Assembly: GCF_036321535.1 (NCBI RefSeq)
Contig: NC_087437.1
Span: forward strand, 93,560,001-93,624,000
Direction of reading: 5' to 3'
Length of the DNA: 64,000 nt
From: Camelus dromedarius
Lineage: Eukaryota
Below, in pieces: positions 12,950 through 26,236 of this stretch. How positions within the stretch are numbered: position 1 is the first letter of the stretch; every line of letters begins with the position of its first letter. A program made the position numbers and the translations under genes. The notes beneath the pieces are model-generated. The model searched no databases, had not been told where the DNA came from, and was given only the letters and a program-made list of their open reading frames with translations.

Positions 12950-14365
12950 GCAGTTTATGGGATATAATTTTAAAGATATATAAAATACACAAAGAAGCAG
13001 GCAAATTGGAACCACAATCAAGAGAAAACATAGTCAATGGGAACAGATGTCAGATTATTCAACAACAGAAATAACAGAGAAGGAGGACATTAAATAAAAG
13101 AATCAAATGAAATTTAGAAGAGCAAAAATACAATATTTATTATATTAAAAATTAAAGTAGTGGTTACTATAAAAGAACACAGCTACTAATTCAAGAGTAA
13201 AGAGAAAAAAGATAATATCATTGACATGTGGGGTGTCAGTTATATCAAGTGTTCATTATTATACAATTAGGAATCCAAAAGAAAGGATGAGAGAGTGTGT
13301 GTGTTGAAATAAGCCAATTATTTTTTAAATTTGAATTCAAGCTAACTCACAGGTATCCAAGAAGCTCAGTAAACCCCAAGCATAAGAAATACCTAGAAAA
13401 ACATACATAAACTCATCATAGTGAAAACGCTGGGAAAAACAAAGCACAAATCTTTACAGAATGAAACTTCACAAAGAGGGTCCATTTATTTAGAAAAAAA
13501 GATAATAATCCCTAATGTTTATCCAATAATCATGCAGCTTAAGTGCACATAAAGGAAAAAGTGGCAGAACAAATGGAACAAAAACACAAGTAAAATTAAG
13601 ATTTAAATACTCATCTCTCAGGAATTAGAATAAGAAGACAAATATCAATAAAAGTGCAAAAGTTCTGACAGCATTATCAACCACCTTGACCTAACTGATC
13701 TCCCCATATGCAACTATACAGCACTGTACTCAACTCATGCAGATATACTTTGCTTTCCTAATACACATAGAAAACTAAATAAAATAGGTAATATGTAAGA
13801 GCCTGAAAGAAGTCTAAATACATTTCAAAGAATTTAAATTGTACAGGATATATTTTTTTGACCACAACTGAATTAAATTAGAAAGCAATACAAGAAGGTG
13901 TCTAGGGGCTCCCAAATATGTGGGCATAAAGTTAAATAATTCTAAATATCCCATAGATCCTGTAAGAAGCAAGGTAGATTAGAAAACAGTTTAAACTGAA
14001 TGAAACTAAAATCACAGCATAGCAAACCTTGTGGGATATCTATCTATGCATCTGTGTATCCATCTATGTATTTATGGATCTATCCAAACTAGCATTTAGG
14101 AAAAAAGGCATATATTAGCTTTAAATCTTACAAATTAAAGTGCTTATACTAGAAAATAAGAATCTAAGATTCCAACATTAGATTCTAGACATGAAGACCA
14201 ACTATATTGTAAACTAAAAGTAAGTAGAAGGGAGAAAATGATAACATGAGTGGAAATCAATTGTGCAAGTAACATACAAAAATCGCAAAGCTGAAATTTG
14301 TTCTCTTTAAAGGTTAATAAAATTTATCAACTTGTAGCAAGGATGATTAAAAAGACAGAAATGCC
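12950..14365 (+). mobile_element. Ancient L1 (L1M class), ORF1 fragment plus ORF2 endonuclease relic
   Basis: CAAGAAGCTCAGTAAACCCCAAG (ORF1); ATCAACCACCTTGACCTAACTGA and TTTGACCACAACTGAATTAAATTAGAA (endonuclease DH motif); many stops and frameshifts. Confidence 0.8.
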
Positions 14366-15914
14366 AGAGGGAGAAAATTAGAAGCAGTTCAAAATGACCC
14401 CTTTACCTAGGGTACATTACCTAGTCGTCGGGAACCTCAGATCACAGAGGAGAGAATCTTAACTTTAAATTCATGAATTAATTAATTTCTGGGGCTAGTA
14501 TTTTAATTATTAAGGCTGTGTTCATGATTTAATTTGACACTAGAACTCTGAGTTACCAAACAATCAAACACATAAAACAAAACAAAACAAAAACTGCCAA
14601 AGGAATCAAGGGATTTTCCCAAGTTCTCATCTTGGGTCAAAGTAAATTTTCCACAAGCAGATTGAATAAGGCAGTGAGGAACCCAGTTAAAGCTGTTTCT
14701 TATGTGTTGTGTCCCATGAGTCTTGCAAATACTAGCCTTAGGACTTAGTTTCAAGCAATAGCATTTTTCAGAACGGAAGTCATGTACATCAGGAATTTTG
14801 ACTTTTCCATATGGAAAACTTTTTAACTAAAACCATAACTCTAGCATAATATAATTGATTCTCAGGTTCACAACTGATGCTTTGTGATTAGTGAAAACAT
14901 AAATTTAACGTTTTTTTTTAACTAATAATTATTTTCCATGCAGTACTAAATAAATTTTAATTTTTATAAACAAATTTGGATTTAAATGTTTTTGTAATTT
15001 ACTTGTTTCTTTTAGGTAAAATGTGTAGAACAATTTGTACAGAATTTTTATAGCTTCTTTTGTTTCAAAGGCTACGGAGGTGAAATTACTTATCCAGAAA
15101 TGGTTCTTTCAATTTGGATTTTTTTTTTTTTCTGTAACTACTTCCAGTTGCTAAAAGTTGAGATTTCTTTTGATTTTTATACACCTTACTAATTCTTTTT
15201 AGATTTTCTCTTCCTTAGAGCTGACATTCTTGAGTTTAACTTTCTCATGCATTCAGACATTTCTAGAGAATGCAGTGTAGAATTTTGGGGGGAAAATATG
15301 ATTTCAGTTAAGAAAAAATGGTTGAAAAAAATTTGGTTCAAGTACCAGCATAAGAGAGGAGAAATGATTCTACATCAGAGTTGAGTTAGTCATTCAGAGT
15401 TTCCTTCCCTCCATCCCCCTTAGGTTTATGTTTGAGTCTTTAAGGCCTGTAATTAACAATTGAGTAAAAGCTCAAACATCTTGGGACCTTGAGAGCACAA
15501 AGCAGCCATGGGTTATGGTGCCAAAAGCTTCTGCAGCAATAGCAAGGTGTTGCCAGCTACTTTGGCTGTAGCTTGAAACGATGGCTCAAGGCAGACGTCA
15601 GTGCCCTGCACATTAAGCATTGTCAGTCTCAGAGTTTGGCAGGTGTTTGCAGAATGCCCAGGAGAAAGAACTGAGTGTACTAGAGATACATGAGTAGGAT
15701 TAGAGATGGTTAGCATGCCACAGGATTGTAACAGAAGTCCTCCAATGAGCACTGGTGAACCGCCTCCCAAGAAGTCCTAGAATTCTCTGGGAGGCATTTG
15801 AAACCAGGCAAAACTTACAATTTAGCAGGAAGGCTTGGGCCAAGGGAATGTTCCTTGTTGGTATTATTGAACTTTATTTTTACTCTCTTACTGCCTGTGT
15901 TTTTACTCCCTAGA

Positions 15915-16125
15915 TGTTGTGGCTCAGAAACTATGAAATATCTGGTCCTCTATCTAATGATTACAGCCGCTGAATCTTCTCCTTTCTAGTCCCAAGGACA
16001 TAATTGCCCAGTTATCTTTGAAAAACTCTTTCCCCACCAATAATCAAATGGCTTACTAATTAATGGCTTATGATTAATGAAAATACTTTTCTAAGCAATA
16101 AATTTTGCCTTAGTTTCACTCTTTT
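15915..16125 (+). mobile_element. Possible ERV1 LTR fragment (MER34/MER39-like)
   Basis: Begins TGTTGTGGCTCAGAAA; AATAAA near the end; family uncertain. Confidence 0.35.
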
Positions 16126-17867
16126 TTAATAGCACTTAATGCACACTTACTCTAGGTCTAGAATTGTTAATATAAACAATTCTAACAACTTACATACTAG
16201 TTTTTTTGAGAGGTAATTTTTCAACCAAAGCAAAACTTAAAAAAAAAAAAAGATGGTTCAAAATGTTTGAGAAGAAAACCTCAGGAATTTTTGCAATAGC
16301 TTCATGGCAGCTAGAAAATTCATTTATACCAAATCAGAATCTGTATGATCTTACATCGAGGACTCGTGTCTAATACAGGAGGAAAACCAGGTTATGGATG
16401 CAGGAGTGGGACAACCTAATGCAGCTCCTAAGCCAGCACATCATTCTTACTCGTATGTTGCTGTGTGATAATCATGGACTGAGTTTCCATTTTGACCAGT
16501 ATGCATATATCGGATATGTTTACTAAGTGGTTTTAAGGAAATTCAACAGATATGTTAAGGATTTCAGTAATTTACTGTGTCAAATTTTCAGAGTGACCAT
16601 TTAACCTAGGAAACAGAATGCATGCAAATGTGCTTGAAATACTTCCCCTAAAGGGTGGGTAAAACAACTATTTTATGACATAGGCGTGTGAAAGACAACT
16701 TTAATATCTGTTACCAACCCCCAGTTTAAAGGAAGGTAATAGAATGGCTTTGAATTTTAAAGTTATTTCGGATGTTCAGGGTCACCTAATATAAGTCATG
16801 CAGGGATTAGGTTGCACAATTTCAAACATTAGGCCCCTTTAAGACTATGTCCAAGAGTAAGGTACGAGATTCGCATATTTCCCAAGGCAACGAATGAACA
16901 ATTCTTCAGCAGTTATGGAAGAAAAGGATAATGAGTCCATGTAAATGCGAAGATCTTCATTTCTGGACTTTATATTATCTTTCAATCATATTGAATTTCT
17001 GAAATAAGTACCTCCTTTAAACTAAAACTAAAGGGATTCAGATGGATGGAATGCACAGGGGTGAAAGAGACATTTTGCTCTGTGTGCATTCTGAATACTT
17101 TTAATGGACTTATTTTTCACTTTCTCTTTTTTTTTTTTCAGTCTTACCCAAAATGTGTGTTTGAAGTATTCCTTTAATTTTATGTCCCTTTTGCTTGGAC
17201 CTCCAAGGCTTTGTTTCTGCTTTTCCTACCGTCTTCAGTAGGATTTCTATTCTTCATAAATGGTTCGTACTTGATTCCTGAGATTTGTCATCCTTTCAGC
17301 ATAGCCCATGTATTTCTGCTTTCTCTTAGGCTAACTCCAGTATAGAGGTCCAGTTTCTTCACCCTTTTCTGATTTTAGCACTGTTTCCTGAACAAAAGCT
17401 TTTATTAATGTTTATGTCTTATCCAGAGAAACTCTTTGTCTTTGGAGGAGTGGAGAGCTGTGGTAAGTAATCATTATTCCTCTGGTCAATAATTCACATT
17501 CCTCATCTCTGATGTTTGAGAAAAGTCTTGAAGTTTGCCCAGTAGATGTAATGTTAGCCTGAGGGAATATATTGATCTGAAACATCCTCTCAGCTCCTTT
17601 GTAAAACCGGGGTTATCCCTCTCAAGTAAATCTTATTGAAACATCTATAATGTAGTTACTATGATTTACTAGCTTAGATTTGAGGATACTATTAAGAAGA
17701 TCAGTTTTGTTCATAATTCAAGACCTTACAAGTATGTTTCATGCTGCATATTTTTCCTAATAATAAATTATAGATATTTTCATCTATTAATTATTTCTTT
17801 AAATTTTACATCTTTTCAGAGATGAACCATTATTTGCTAGTCTTTGAACATCCTCATCAATTAATAA

Positions 17868-18058
17868 CTGTGGTATTGTAGACAAAATATGCTTAATTGA
17901 AATCCAAGGGATCTGGTTTCTAATCCTTGCTCTGCCAGTAATTGTCCTTCTGTCCTTGGATAGGTCATTTCACCTCCTTGAGATTTGTTTTTCTCATCTA
18001 TAAACTGAACATTTAATTTGGATGCAATCTATCACTTCTTCCCATCTAAAAAATCTTT
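17868..18058 (+). mobile_element. MIR3/MIR SINE
   Basis: CTGGTTTCTAATCCTTGCTCTGCCA...CCTTGGATAGGTCATTTCACCTC...TTTCTCATCTATAAA; MIR3-like tail. Confidence 0.7.
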
Positions 18059-18254
18059 TGTTTCTGTGACAAATCAGGAACCAGAGCAATGGAATAATAG
18101 AAGTTGTCTTTTTTCTCAATGCTACATACAACCCTACACACATACCCTGTGGGTCTCTCTGAATAGTATGAGCATTGATCTAAGGCATCACCTAAATAAT
18201 TATGAATACATGTGTAATAATGCATACATATATGAGTACCCACATACAACTCCG

Positions 18255-18540
18255 AATTTTACAAATGGTCTTATAATCATCTCTTCCACTGTGTTTCAGA
18301 CCTCATATCTTTCTTCCTCATTTGGATGTTCCAGCCATGCTGAACTCCTGGCTGTTATTTCATCACACTGAACTAACATCAACTCCAAGACTTTGAACTT
18401 GAATTTCTCACTTCCTGAAATTTCTTTTTCTAGATATCTATATTCTTTATTCCCTCTTTTCTTTTAGATCTCTGCTCTAATCTCACCTTGTCCACAAGGC
18501 ATCCTTATTCATCCTGTATAAAAATATATTCACTTCCCTA
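18255..18540 (+). mobile_element. L2 LINE 3' region
   Basis: TCCAGCCATGCTG...CTTTGAACTTG...AGATCTCTGCTCTAATCTCACCT match L2 3' motifs. Confidence 0.7.
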
Positions 18541-19789
18541 TAATATGTATATAAAGAGAAAAAATTGGTAAAGTGACTTGCAAAGTAGTATTTGGATATC
18601 TTGAGGTAATACACACAGAACTGAGGATTGGCTTATCTCCTGTGTTTTAACTGCACAACCAGTGTGCCAACTAAGCATATTGTGTTTTGGTGGAAGGAGC
18701 ATTTATGTGAAACTTCATTATTGTGATGAGTTTAACTCTAAAATTTCATTATTTTTTAATCTCTCCATCTGCTAAACCATGAAATGATAGAAAATACACA
18801 TGTGGCAGCTGCAGAGGAGGGCTAGAATAAATCAGCAGGGAGAACCTGGAATGGCAGAAGTCTCCAAGAGGTTTGAGAGGCCAGGAATGTGCAGCTCTCA
18901 GAAGAGACTCTGAGATGCAAGAGCTCACCGTGAACTCCCCAAGGTGAATGGAGGTTAGTATCCATGGTGCCTGGGCTCTTTTCTGTAAGGAAGTCATTTC
19001 AAGTGTCAGTTGAAAATACTAATAGAAAGCTAGTGCAAAGGGCTATAAATGTTAACATCAAAGGGAAAAAAAATGATTACTGAGGAAAGAGAGTTGCTGT
19101 TTTTAATGAATGCACTTTTCAATAAACATTATTGTAAAAGTTGAAGACAATGTGTCTATGTGGTAATGAATCACATCTCAACCATGGCATCTCACACATC
19201 ATGATGATGTATCCAGGTTGCAGGCTTTTTGCAGGCACATCAGTTGAAATCATGACATAAAAGCAATCTCTCCCAAAAGTTACAAAAAGTTACAAAAGAT
19301 TGCCTCTGTTTTTTAAACAGAAACTTCTAAAATTTAAAAAGTCTTCTCCTCTCCCATATTTCCTTTTGGAGAAATATTAAAATATAAATAGCAATATAAA
19401 AAGCAACCTCCAAAAGTACATGTGCATTAAATACAAACATAAAACAAATATTCTTAACTTAAAGCTGTAAGATTTTAGGAAATCTCTGAGATATGTGAAG
19501 GAAAAAAAGATCCAAGTCACAAATCACATTTAGCTAAATATTTACATATAATCAAAAGATAGAAGGAAAATGAATTGTGAGTTTAATCAAGAGGTATATA
19601 TTTCCACATATTCATATGTCTATGTGTATTTATGTTTATGTGTACTTAATCCAAGTTAGAAGGTTCCTAATTAAATATTCAGAGAAACAAAATGTGTTTT
19701 TCTAATCAATGTCTTTGACATTAATGAGCAAGAAATTTGGAAGTTAAAAAGGACTTATGAACTTATCCTTCCTAATCCCCTTTCTAACT

Positions 19790-20510
19790 TAGTCAGCCCC
19801 TTTACAGACGTGTGCAAGAGTGTGCCTTTACGCACATATCTCCAAAGTTTGACCACTTCCCTTCACCACCTTTCCCTGTACTAACCTAGTCTAAGCCATG
19901 ATCATGTTTCTATGTCTCTTATAGGTGTTTCTTATCTAATATTCCTGGTATTAATATTAACCCATGGAGGAGACATTCCTTGCAGAGAGTTCCTTTTGAA
20001 TTGTCACTTATGTTGTGATTCCTCTTTTCAAAATCTCTAGTGGCTTCTCATTTCACTTATAATAATAATAATCATGAGCTTAGAATTTTATAAATGGTCC
20101 TAAAATCATCCCTCCCACTATGACCTTGCATCTTAATACTCTAAGTGAGGAGTATCAGATCTGCAACCACACTGGCCTCGTGGTTATCATTCCATAACAC
20201 TGAGCCTGCTTTAGCCCCAGGAATTTTGAACCTGAATTTCTCACTTACTGAAATTTCCTTCCCCCAGATATCCATATTCCTTTTCCCCTTTATTCTATTA
20301 GATCTCTGCTTTAATCTTACCTTATCTGCTAAGCAATCCTTATTCATCATATAGAAAGACATCCATCTCTCTCAGACCCTATCCTCATATACTGCCATTT
20401 CTCTTTGTAACACCAATTCTCGCCTGTCGTATTATTATGCATTTTTACTTATTTGTTTAATAACAAGGGCAAGTGACATATCAGTTGATATTTGCTGATG
20501 ACAGATTGAA
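19790..20510 (+). mobile_element. L2 LINE 3' region
   Basis: CCTAGTCTAAGCCATGATCAT, CTCTAGTGGCTTCTCATTTCACTTA, CACACTGGCCTC, CCCCCAGATATCCA. Confidence 0.75.
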
Positions 20511-21427
20511 TATTCAGCAGCATCAGTAGTGCGGTGTACTTGGGTAGAAGGACCCCAAGCTGTTGAACCAACGCGTATACTTTATCCCTTCTACAATTGA
20601 TGCACTTTTAAAGGGCTCATCACACACACAATGGGAAAGATGAGAAGTAATGATCCTTTCTTTAAAGTAAAGATTCTTCAGTCCACTTGACTGGTTAAGT
20701 ACCTCTTGTGCAGTGAATGAACCTCAGTAGGCATTAACATGAGACACAATAATGCACATGACTTTTGCCTACTTCTCTAGCCCTATTCATATCTCTTCTC
20801 TAATCTCCTTTTATCAGATCTTCCAAGGCCCCTGATCAACCATTAAAGGCATTTGTTACTGTCAAGGCATTTATGTGTATTTTTATCTCGGGGCTAGTCC
20901 TCCCTCTTTATAAAATAAAACAACCAAAATATGCCACTCATAACTCAGAATATTCCTGGGGAGAGTTGGAGAGCAACAGCACTCCATTTTCAGACCCATG
21001 AGCAAGCCGGTTGCCTCAGTCTACCTCCAGATCATTGAGTCAAGCATCTTTTTTTAAATACTGCCATGCAGAACTTCTGAATTTCAGAGCATTCCCTGAG
21101 CTGATACTTGATTGAACTGACCTTGTCATTTCTCCTTATTCCTGACTTCTAAAAGAAGTTAACAAAGCAGTTAATGGTTAACAAGTCAAAGAATAAAGTT
21201 CCCAAAGCAGTTACCTAAGCAAGGAAAATTTTTTAAAAATTGTAAGTGCATAATACAAGGATATCTTTCCACCTTTACTTTATCCTGATGCATCATAGAT
21301 GAATGTCTTAATGATTCTGCCAGGAATCATCATAATCTCACCCCCTACCAGCCGGGAAGTCTTTCTTTACCATCTAATCAGTGAGTGTCCTGGGGGCCTG
21401 CTTGCTAGAGTTGCTGCTATTGATATA

Positions 21428-21830
21428 ACCTTAGCTGTGTTCCTCTGAATACACAGCTTGAAACAAGGTCCTGGATGGAATTAGTTCATTAAATTATCCC
21501 AGAGAATAAGAGCCGTGGAGGATAGAGAGTGAGATGGGGAAGGAGAAAAAGCCCATATAATGGAGAGTTAATCAGGTCATCACCAAGAAAGGCTGGGGCC
21601 TTCTGAGAAGCACACAGACTGCCTTCACATGCTATTGGCCTTTCCATCAGCACTTTTTTCCCATTGATTGAGGATTGCCCAGAATGATAACTTCCCCATG
21701 TTTCTAAGACACTCCTGCTGCTGCAAGTGTCTGCACCCAGGCCTGAAAATTAAGTGGTGGCATGAATATGAAGGAAGACCCTGCCAGCTTAAAGTAAATC
21801 TTGGAGCGGGAAGTCTGCAATGGTACCACT
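21428..21830 (-). mobile_element. LTR33-like ERVL solo LTR
   Basis: GAGAGTGAGATGGGGAAGGAGAAAAAGCC and CCCATTGATTGAGGATTGCCC resemble antisense LTR33/LTR16. Confidence 0.6.
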
Positions 21831-22399
21831 TATCCAAGTCTTGAACAGGATCAGAGATAAGGCCAAGATGATGTGTCTGAGCAACCGATGTGACTGTTGC
21901 CCTGGGCCTCATAAACCAACTATTTAACAACTCGGTCAAAATTTTATGGATTATTAAATTCAAGTATATAATGTAGTTTTCAGAACTTATTTTCACCCCT
22001 CTTTTAATGAAAAATATCTAGACAGCACATCCTGTCTCCAAACATTTCAGTGATTCCACATGATCACAATAAGATTTTAGGAGAAAGTATAGGAAAAAAA
22101 GCAAGGTAGAAGATGTCTTCAAATTAAAGAAAAGGGAGGCTTTTCAGATTTTAGCAGAGGCATGGATAGCAATTTCCAGATCCTCAACTCCATAGGTAAA
22201 CTTTTCCAAAACTTAGAGGACTAAGAATCGATTGTCCACCCGTTCTCCACCCTACTGAGTCCCACAGCTATCTTTCTCCAGCTTTGCAGAAGAAGGCATG
22301 CTTCTCACTGGCATCTTTCTATGATGTGTTGTCTCAAGTAGGGAGCCCACCAGGGGAACAAACAAAGGCAAAGTCAGGAACACACTGCTCTTAAAGCTG

Positions 22400-22800
22400 A
22401 GACCCATAGAAATGAAACCAGAGAGCTTTGCTAAGACATTCTAAGAAGGCTGGCTTTTTTTTTTTTTCTGTGTTAAAATTGGATTTTAGAAGAAGAAATT
22501 TCTCACAGGATACTTATTAAACCTATTTATTAAAGTTAAAAAAAAAGTTAGATTGTTCTGAGATAAATTACTTCCGACTTGATTGATTGGTTTGATGATG
22601 TGAATGGACTCGGTCAACAACTGTATGGCAGATACTTTACAGAAATCAAATGAATTACATCTCCAGAGTCAAGATTTATATAAATATATATTTAATGAAA
22701 TGTTACTACATAAAATCTATTGAGATACAGCTACGAAACTGTTCAAACTTGGGTTAAAATTCTATATTTCGATTCTATGTTTAACTGTGTGAGAGAGAGA
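22400..22800 (+). mobile_element. hAT-Charlie DNA transposon, transposase relic
   Basis: 22622-22672 translates CMADTLQKSNELHLQSQ, matching the hAT/Charlie motif YLADIF..LNELNL.LQG; element boundaries uncertain. Confidence 0.6.
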
Positions 22801-23954
22801 GGACTTACAAAGCAGGGGATTAAAGAGTAAAATTTTTGGTTATAACTAAGGTTAGAAGAAGATTGCCAATTATTACATTTGCATTTATTAGAATATCTTT
22901 AATAAATAGTGTACTGGAGGAAACGCCTCCCACGTATTCAACATAAGTAGGTTAAAATGAAATATCCTGAAGTATCAGAAGTTTAAACAGGGAGTAAGTT
23001 GAGGTTGAAGCCTGGCTTGATTCCTACAATAACTCAGGAAAACAGGCCATGGATCAAAGCCAACAACTTATCAATTGAGAATGTGCCCCTTTCCTGACGA
23101 GGGAGCAGATGGCTGAGGCTAAGCATTTATCCTCATCAGTGGTTTTGTTGATAGCTTTCTACCATGACACACAATTTTAATTGAATGCTTAGATGGCAAT
23201 CAGTGCCTGGCTTGGATTTCTTTGTTTTCTTTTATCTTGTCCATGAAAACAGCAGCAGCAGAAAGAACTCACTTCTTTTAGCTCTGTTCATTTCTTCTAA
23301 CCTCTCTCACGACAGTTGCACTCTTAAGTTTCCCAGCTGCTTTTATATTCATGTGATTGAAAATAAAGTCGCTGAAGCTATGGTCTAAGTGGCCATTATA
23401 ACTTCATTAAGATCTGCTGTACGAATCTCTTTGTCTCTCTCTGGCTAGAATATAACTATCATCATCAGTAGCATTATCGAGCCATAAGACGTTAAAATCA
23501 TTGATTCAGGTTTTGAGTAAAATAAAATTAATGTATTATTTTGTTGGGGCTGTGAAAAAATCCTTCCAAATAGCAGCCCTAAAGACAAGCAAGTAGTGAA
23601 TTCTACTGAAGCGTGGCATGGACCTTAAAACAAAACAAACATACAAACAAAATTTGAGACTGCCAAGAAAAATAACTTTTACAAAATGTTTCTGATTTTT
23701 TTTTGTCCTTCTATAGATATTTGACATTGTAATCTAATGAGTATTTATGGACATCTCTGAGTACATATTTCTGGTAAATTTCTATATGCAAATAAGAATT
23801 ATCACTATGTTGAAATATGATTTTATTGGTATATGTGTGTAGGTGAGTGAAACATACGTTTCAGAAAACATAATACACAGTCCTTTGTACTTGTAAAATT
23901 TTAGAGGAGATGGTATATGTCTGTGTCAATCAATGGTATCAGAAATGCCTTCTT

Positions 23955-24190
23955 GTAACATAGATCTTACCATGTGCTAAGTTCTATGCTATAATCTGCA
24001 TACAGTATTTTATTTATCCTTCAATAACCTAGTGAGGTGGGTTGTGTCAGAATGACTTTGCACCTGTAGAAACAGGATATTAAGTTAAATCATTCCTCCA
24101 TATCTTACAATAAATGAGAGAAGCAGAATTTGGATACTGTCCTGCTTGATTCCACATCTTACACACGATGTTTTATAGTGCTCATTCTGC
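23955..24190 (-). mobile_element. MIR SINE
   Basis: CTTACCATGTGCTAAG...TTTATCCTTCAATAACCTAGTGAGGTGGGT. Confidence 0.65.
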
Positions 24191-25535
24191 TATCTTTTAC
24201 CTTACACTTGTGGTTCATTTATAAAAATGGCCACTATTACCACATTTCCTTGCTAATAAGAATCATGAGAATCATTGGGAATGGTCTTTCTTCTTTAAAA
24301 CTTTGGCCTGAGAAAAGATAAAAGTAATCTAATTTTTTTTTTCTTCTAAACACTGTTGATTCCAGCTGGAATTTTCCAAAAGAAGTTTCTAAGTAGAAGA
24401 TGATAAGGAACACACACAGACAAATATGAGAAGCATAAATCTACCAATCTTACATTGTACAGATGTTAAAGTGATTGGACTGATTAAAAATCCTTCCCTG
24501 CTTTTGTAACCTACTTGGGTAGATGGCTGCACTCTGACTCCAAAGAAATAATGTATTTTACAAGCTGAACAAGTCAGTTTCCTTCCTTTCTAGCTGTGCT
24601 TTGGATACCCATTCATTTCTTTCTACCTACAAAATATCTCATAAAGTCCCCTCAAGTGTCCTAACCACTCTTCTGGATTTTTTTTCCCAAGTTCTCTTTC
24701 TGCTTTCAGGGGCATAAGGAGTCTACTCTACTATATAGATGACTAGCTTGCCCCTGTCAATGCCTATAGTCTTAGGTTAGATTTCATCCAATTTCATAGG
24801 GTGAAGTGGGGAGGTGAAAGAATGTCAGGGGATTCTTTATGTCACTAAATATATGAGAACTTAATACAAATTAAAATAATAATTTTTATAAATAGGTCAT
24901 TTGCATATAAGATAGCATTGAGGAAAATGATGTATAACAAAGTAGCATGTCAATTATGCAGAGACTAGAAGGACAATATGACTAGAAGCCCATGCCGTAA
25001 CCTAGTACTGCAGTGTATTGTGCCCTTAGTACTGATGATCAAGGGAAGTCTTACTATGAACTTGCTGAGGCTTAAGTAGTATAAATTTTCTATATACTCA
25101 TTTGCCACTGTTCTCTAAAGCTTGCTGGCTGGACTTTTTACATTTTTAGATTTAATACAGGTTGTTTCCTCTTTTATTCTGTCTTATGACATACATTTAG
25201 CTTGCTTTCTGTGTATGTATATGTGTGTGTTTGATGGGTACAGGTGCTTGGAGATATAGTAATACATTTGTTAATTTATTCATTTAACCAAGAAATATTC
25301 TACTAAGTGAATACTATGAGATACTTTCCAGGATACTGGGTATACTTCAATGGTGAAGACTGACAAAGTCTGTGCCCCTTGAAAGTATATATTTTTCTGG
25401 GAGATATATTTAACAAGGTACAAAATAAAATATAATGCAATTTAAATGAATCAATAAATGTGATTAAAAAATAAAACAAGATTAAATGGTTGGAATGTGA
25501 TAGAAGTTGGTAGTGAATAGCTTAGGTAACAGTGA

Positions 25536-26236
25536 TGTGATGGTTAATTTTATGTGTCAACTTGACTATGTTACAAGTGTTCAGACACTTGGTTAAACAT
25601 TATTCTGAGTCTATATGAAGATGTTTCTGGACGAGATTAACATTTGAATCAGTAGACTAAAGCAGATTGCCCTCCCTAATGTGGGTACACATCATCTAAT
25701 CCATTGAGAGTCTGAATAGAACAAAAAGGCACAGGAAAGAAGAATTTTCCATCTCTCCCCATCTGACTGAGTTGGAACATAATCTCCTGCCTTCAGACTG
25801 GGACTTACAGCATCAGCTCTCCTGGTTCTTCAGCTTGTGGGGAGGATCATGAGAATTCCTGGTCTGCGTAATCATTGTGTCAGGCAACACCTTCTAGTAA
25901 ATCTCTCTCTCCCTCACTCTATTTCTATATATATATATATATATACACACACACATACATGCACACATGTATTTATAAATACATATATGTATTTTTAGTA
26001 TGTGTACATTTATACATATATAACCAATACTATATATACACACATATATATATAAATATTTATTATATTTATATTAAATATATTATATAATATATTTAAT
26101 ATATTAATAAATAATATATTTATTATTATTTATATATTATAATATATAAATATATAATATATTAAATATATATTATAAATATATATATATGTGTATATAA
26201 TTGATTCTGTTTCTCTAGAGAACCCTGAATAACACA
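25536..26236 (+). mobile_element. MLT2 (ERVL) solo LTR with expanded internal AT microsatellite
   Basis: Starts TGTGATGGTTAATTTTATGTGTCAACTTGAC; ends GATTCTGTTTCTCTAGAGAACCCTGAATAACACA; 5-bp TSD AGTGA/GGTGA. Confidence 0.93.
25926..26199. repeat. (TA)n/(CA)n-derived low-complexity AT tract
   Basis: Direct reading; 26044-26190 contains only A/T. Confidence 0.95.

Noticed and set aside
9290..14365. Head-to-head old L1 relics as a single inverted element
   Set aside because: Both contain ORF1 sequence and are separated by ~1.8 kb; independent insertions are simpler
16159..16184. 10-bp stem hairpin TAGAATTGTT/AACAATTCTA
   Set aside because: Short and AT-rich, expected by chance; too small for a pre-miRNA
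22915..23170. Possible LTR fragment ending ...CCATGACA
   Set aside because: LTR-like in character, but no family, termini pair or TSD could be established
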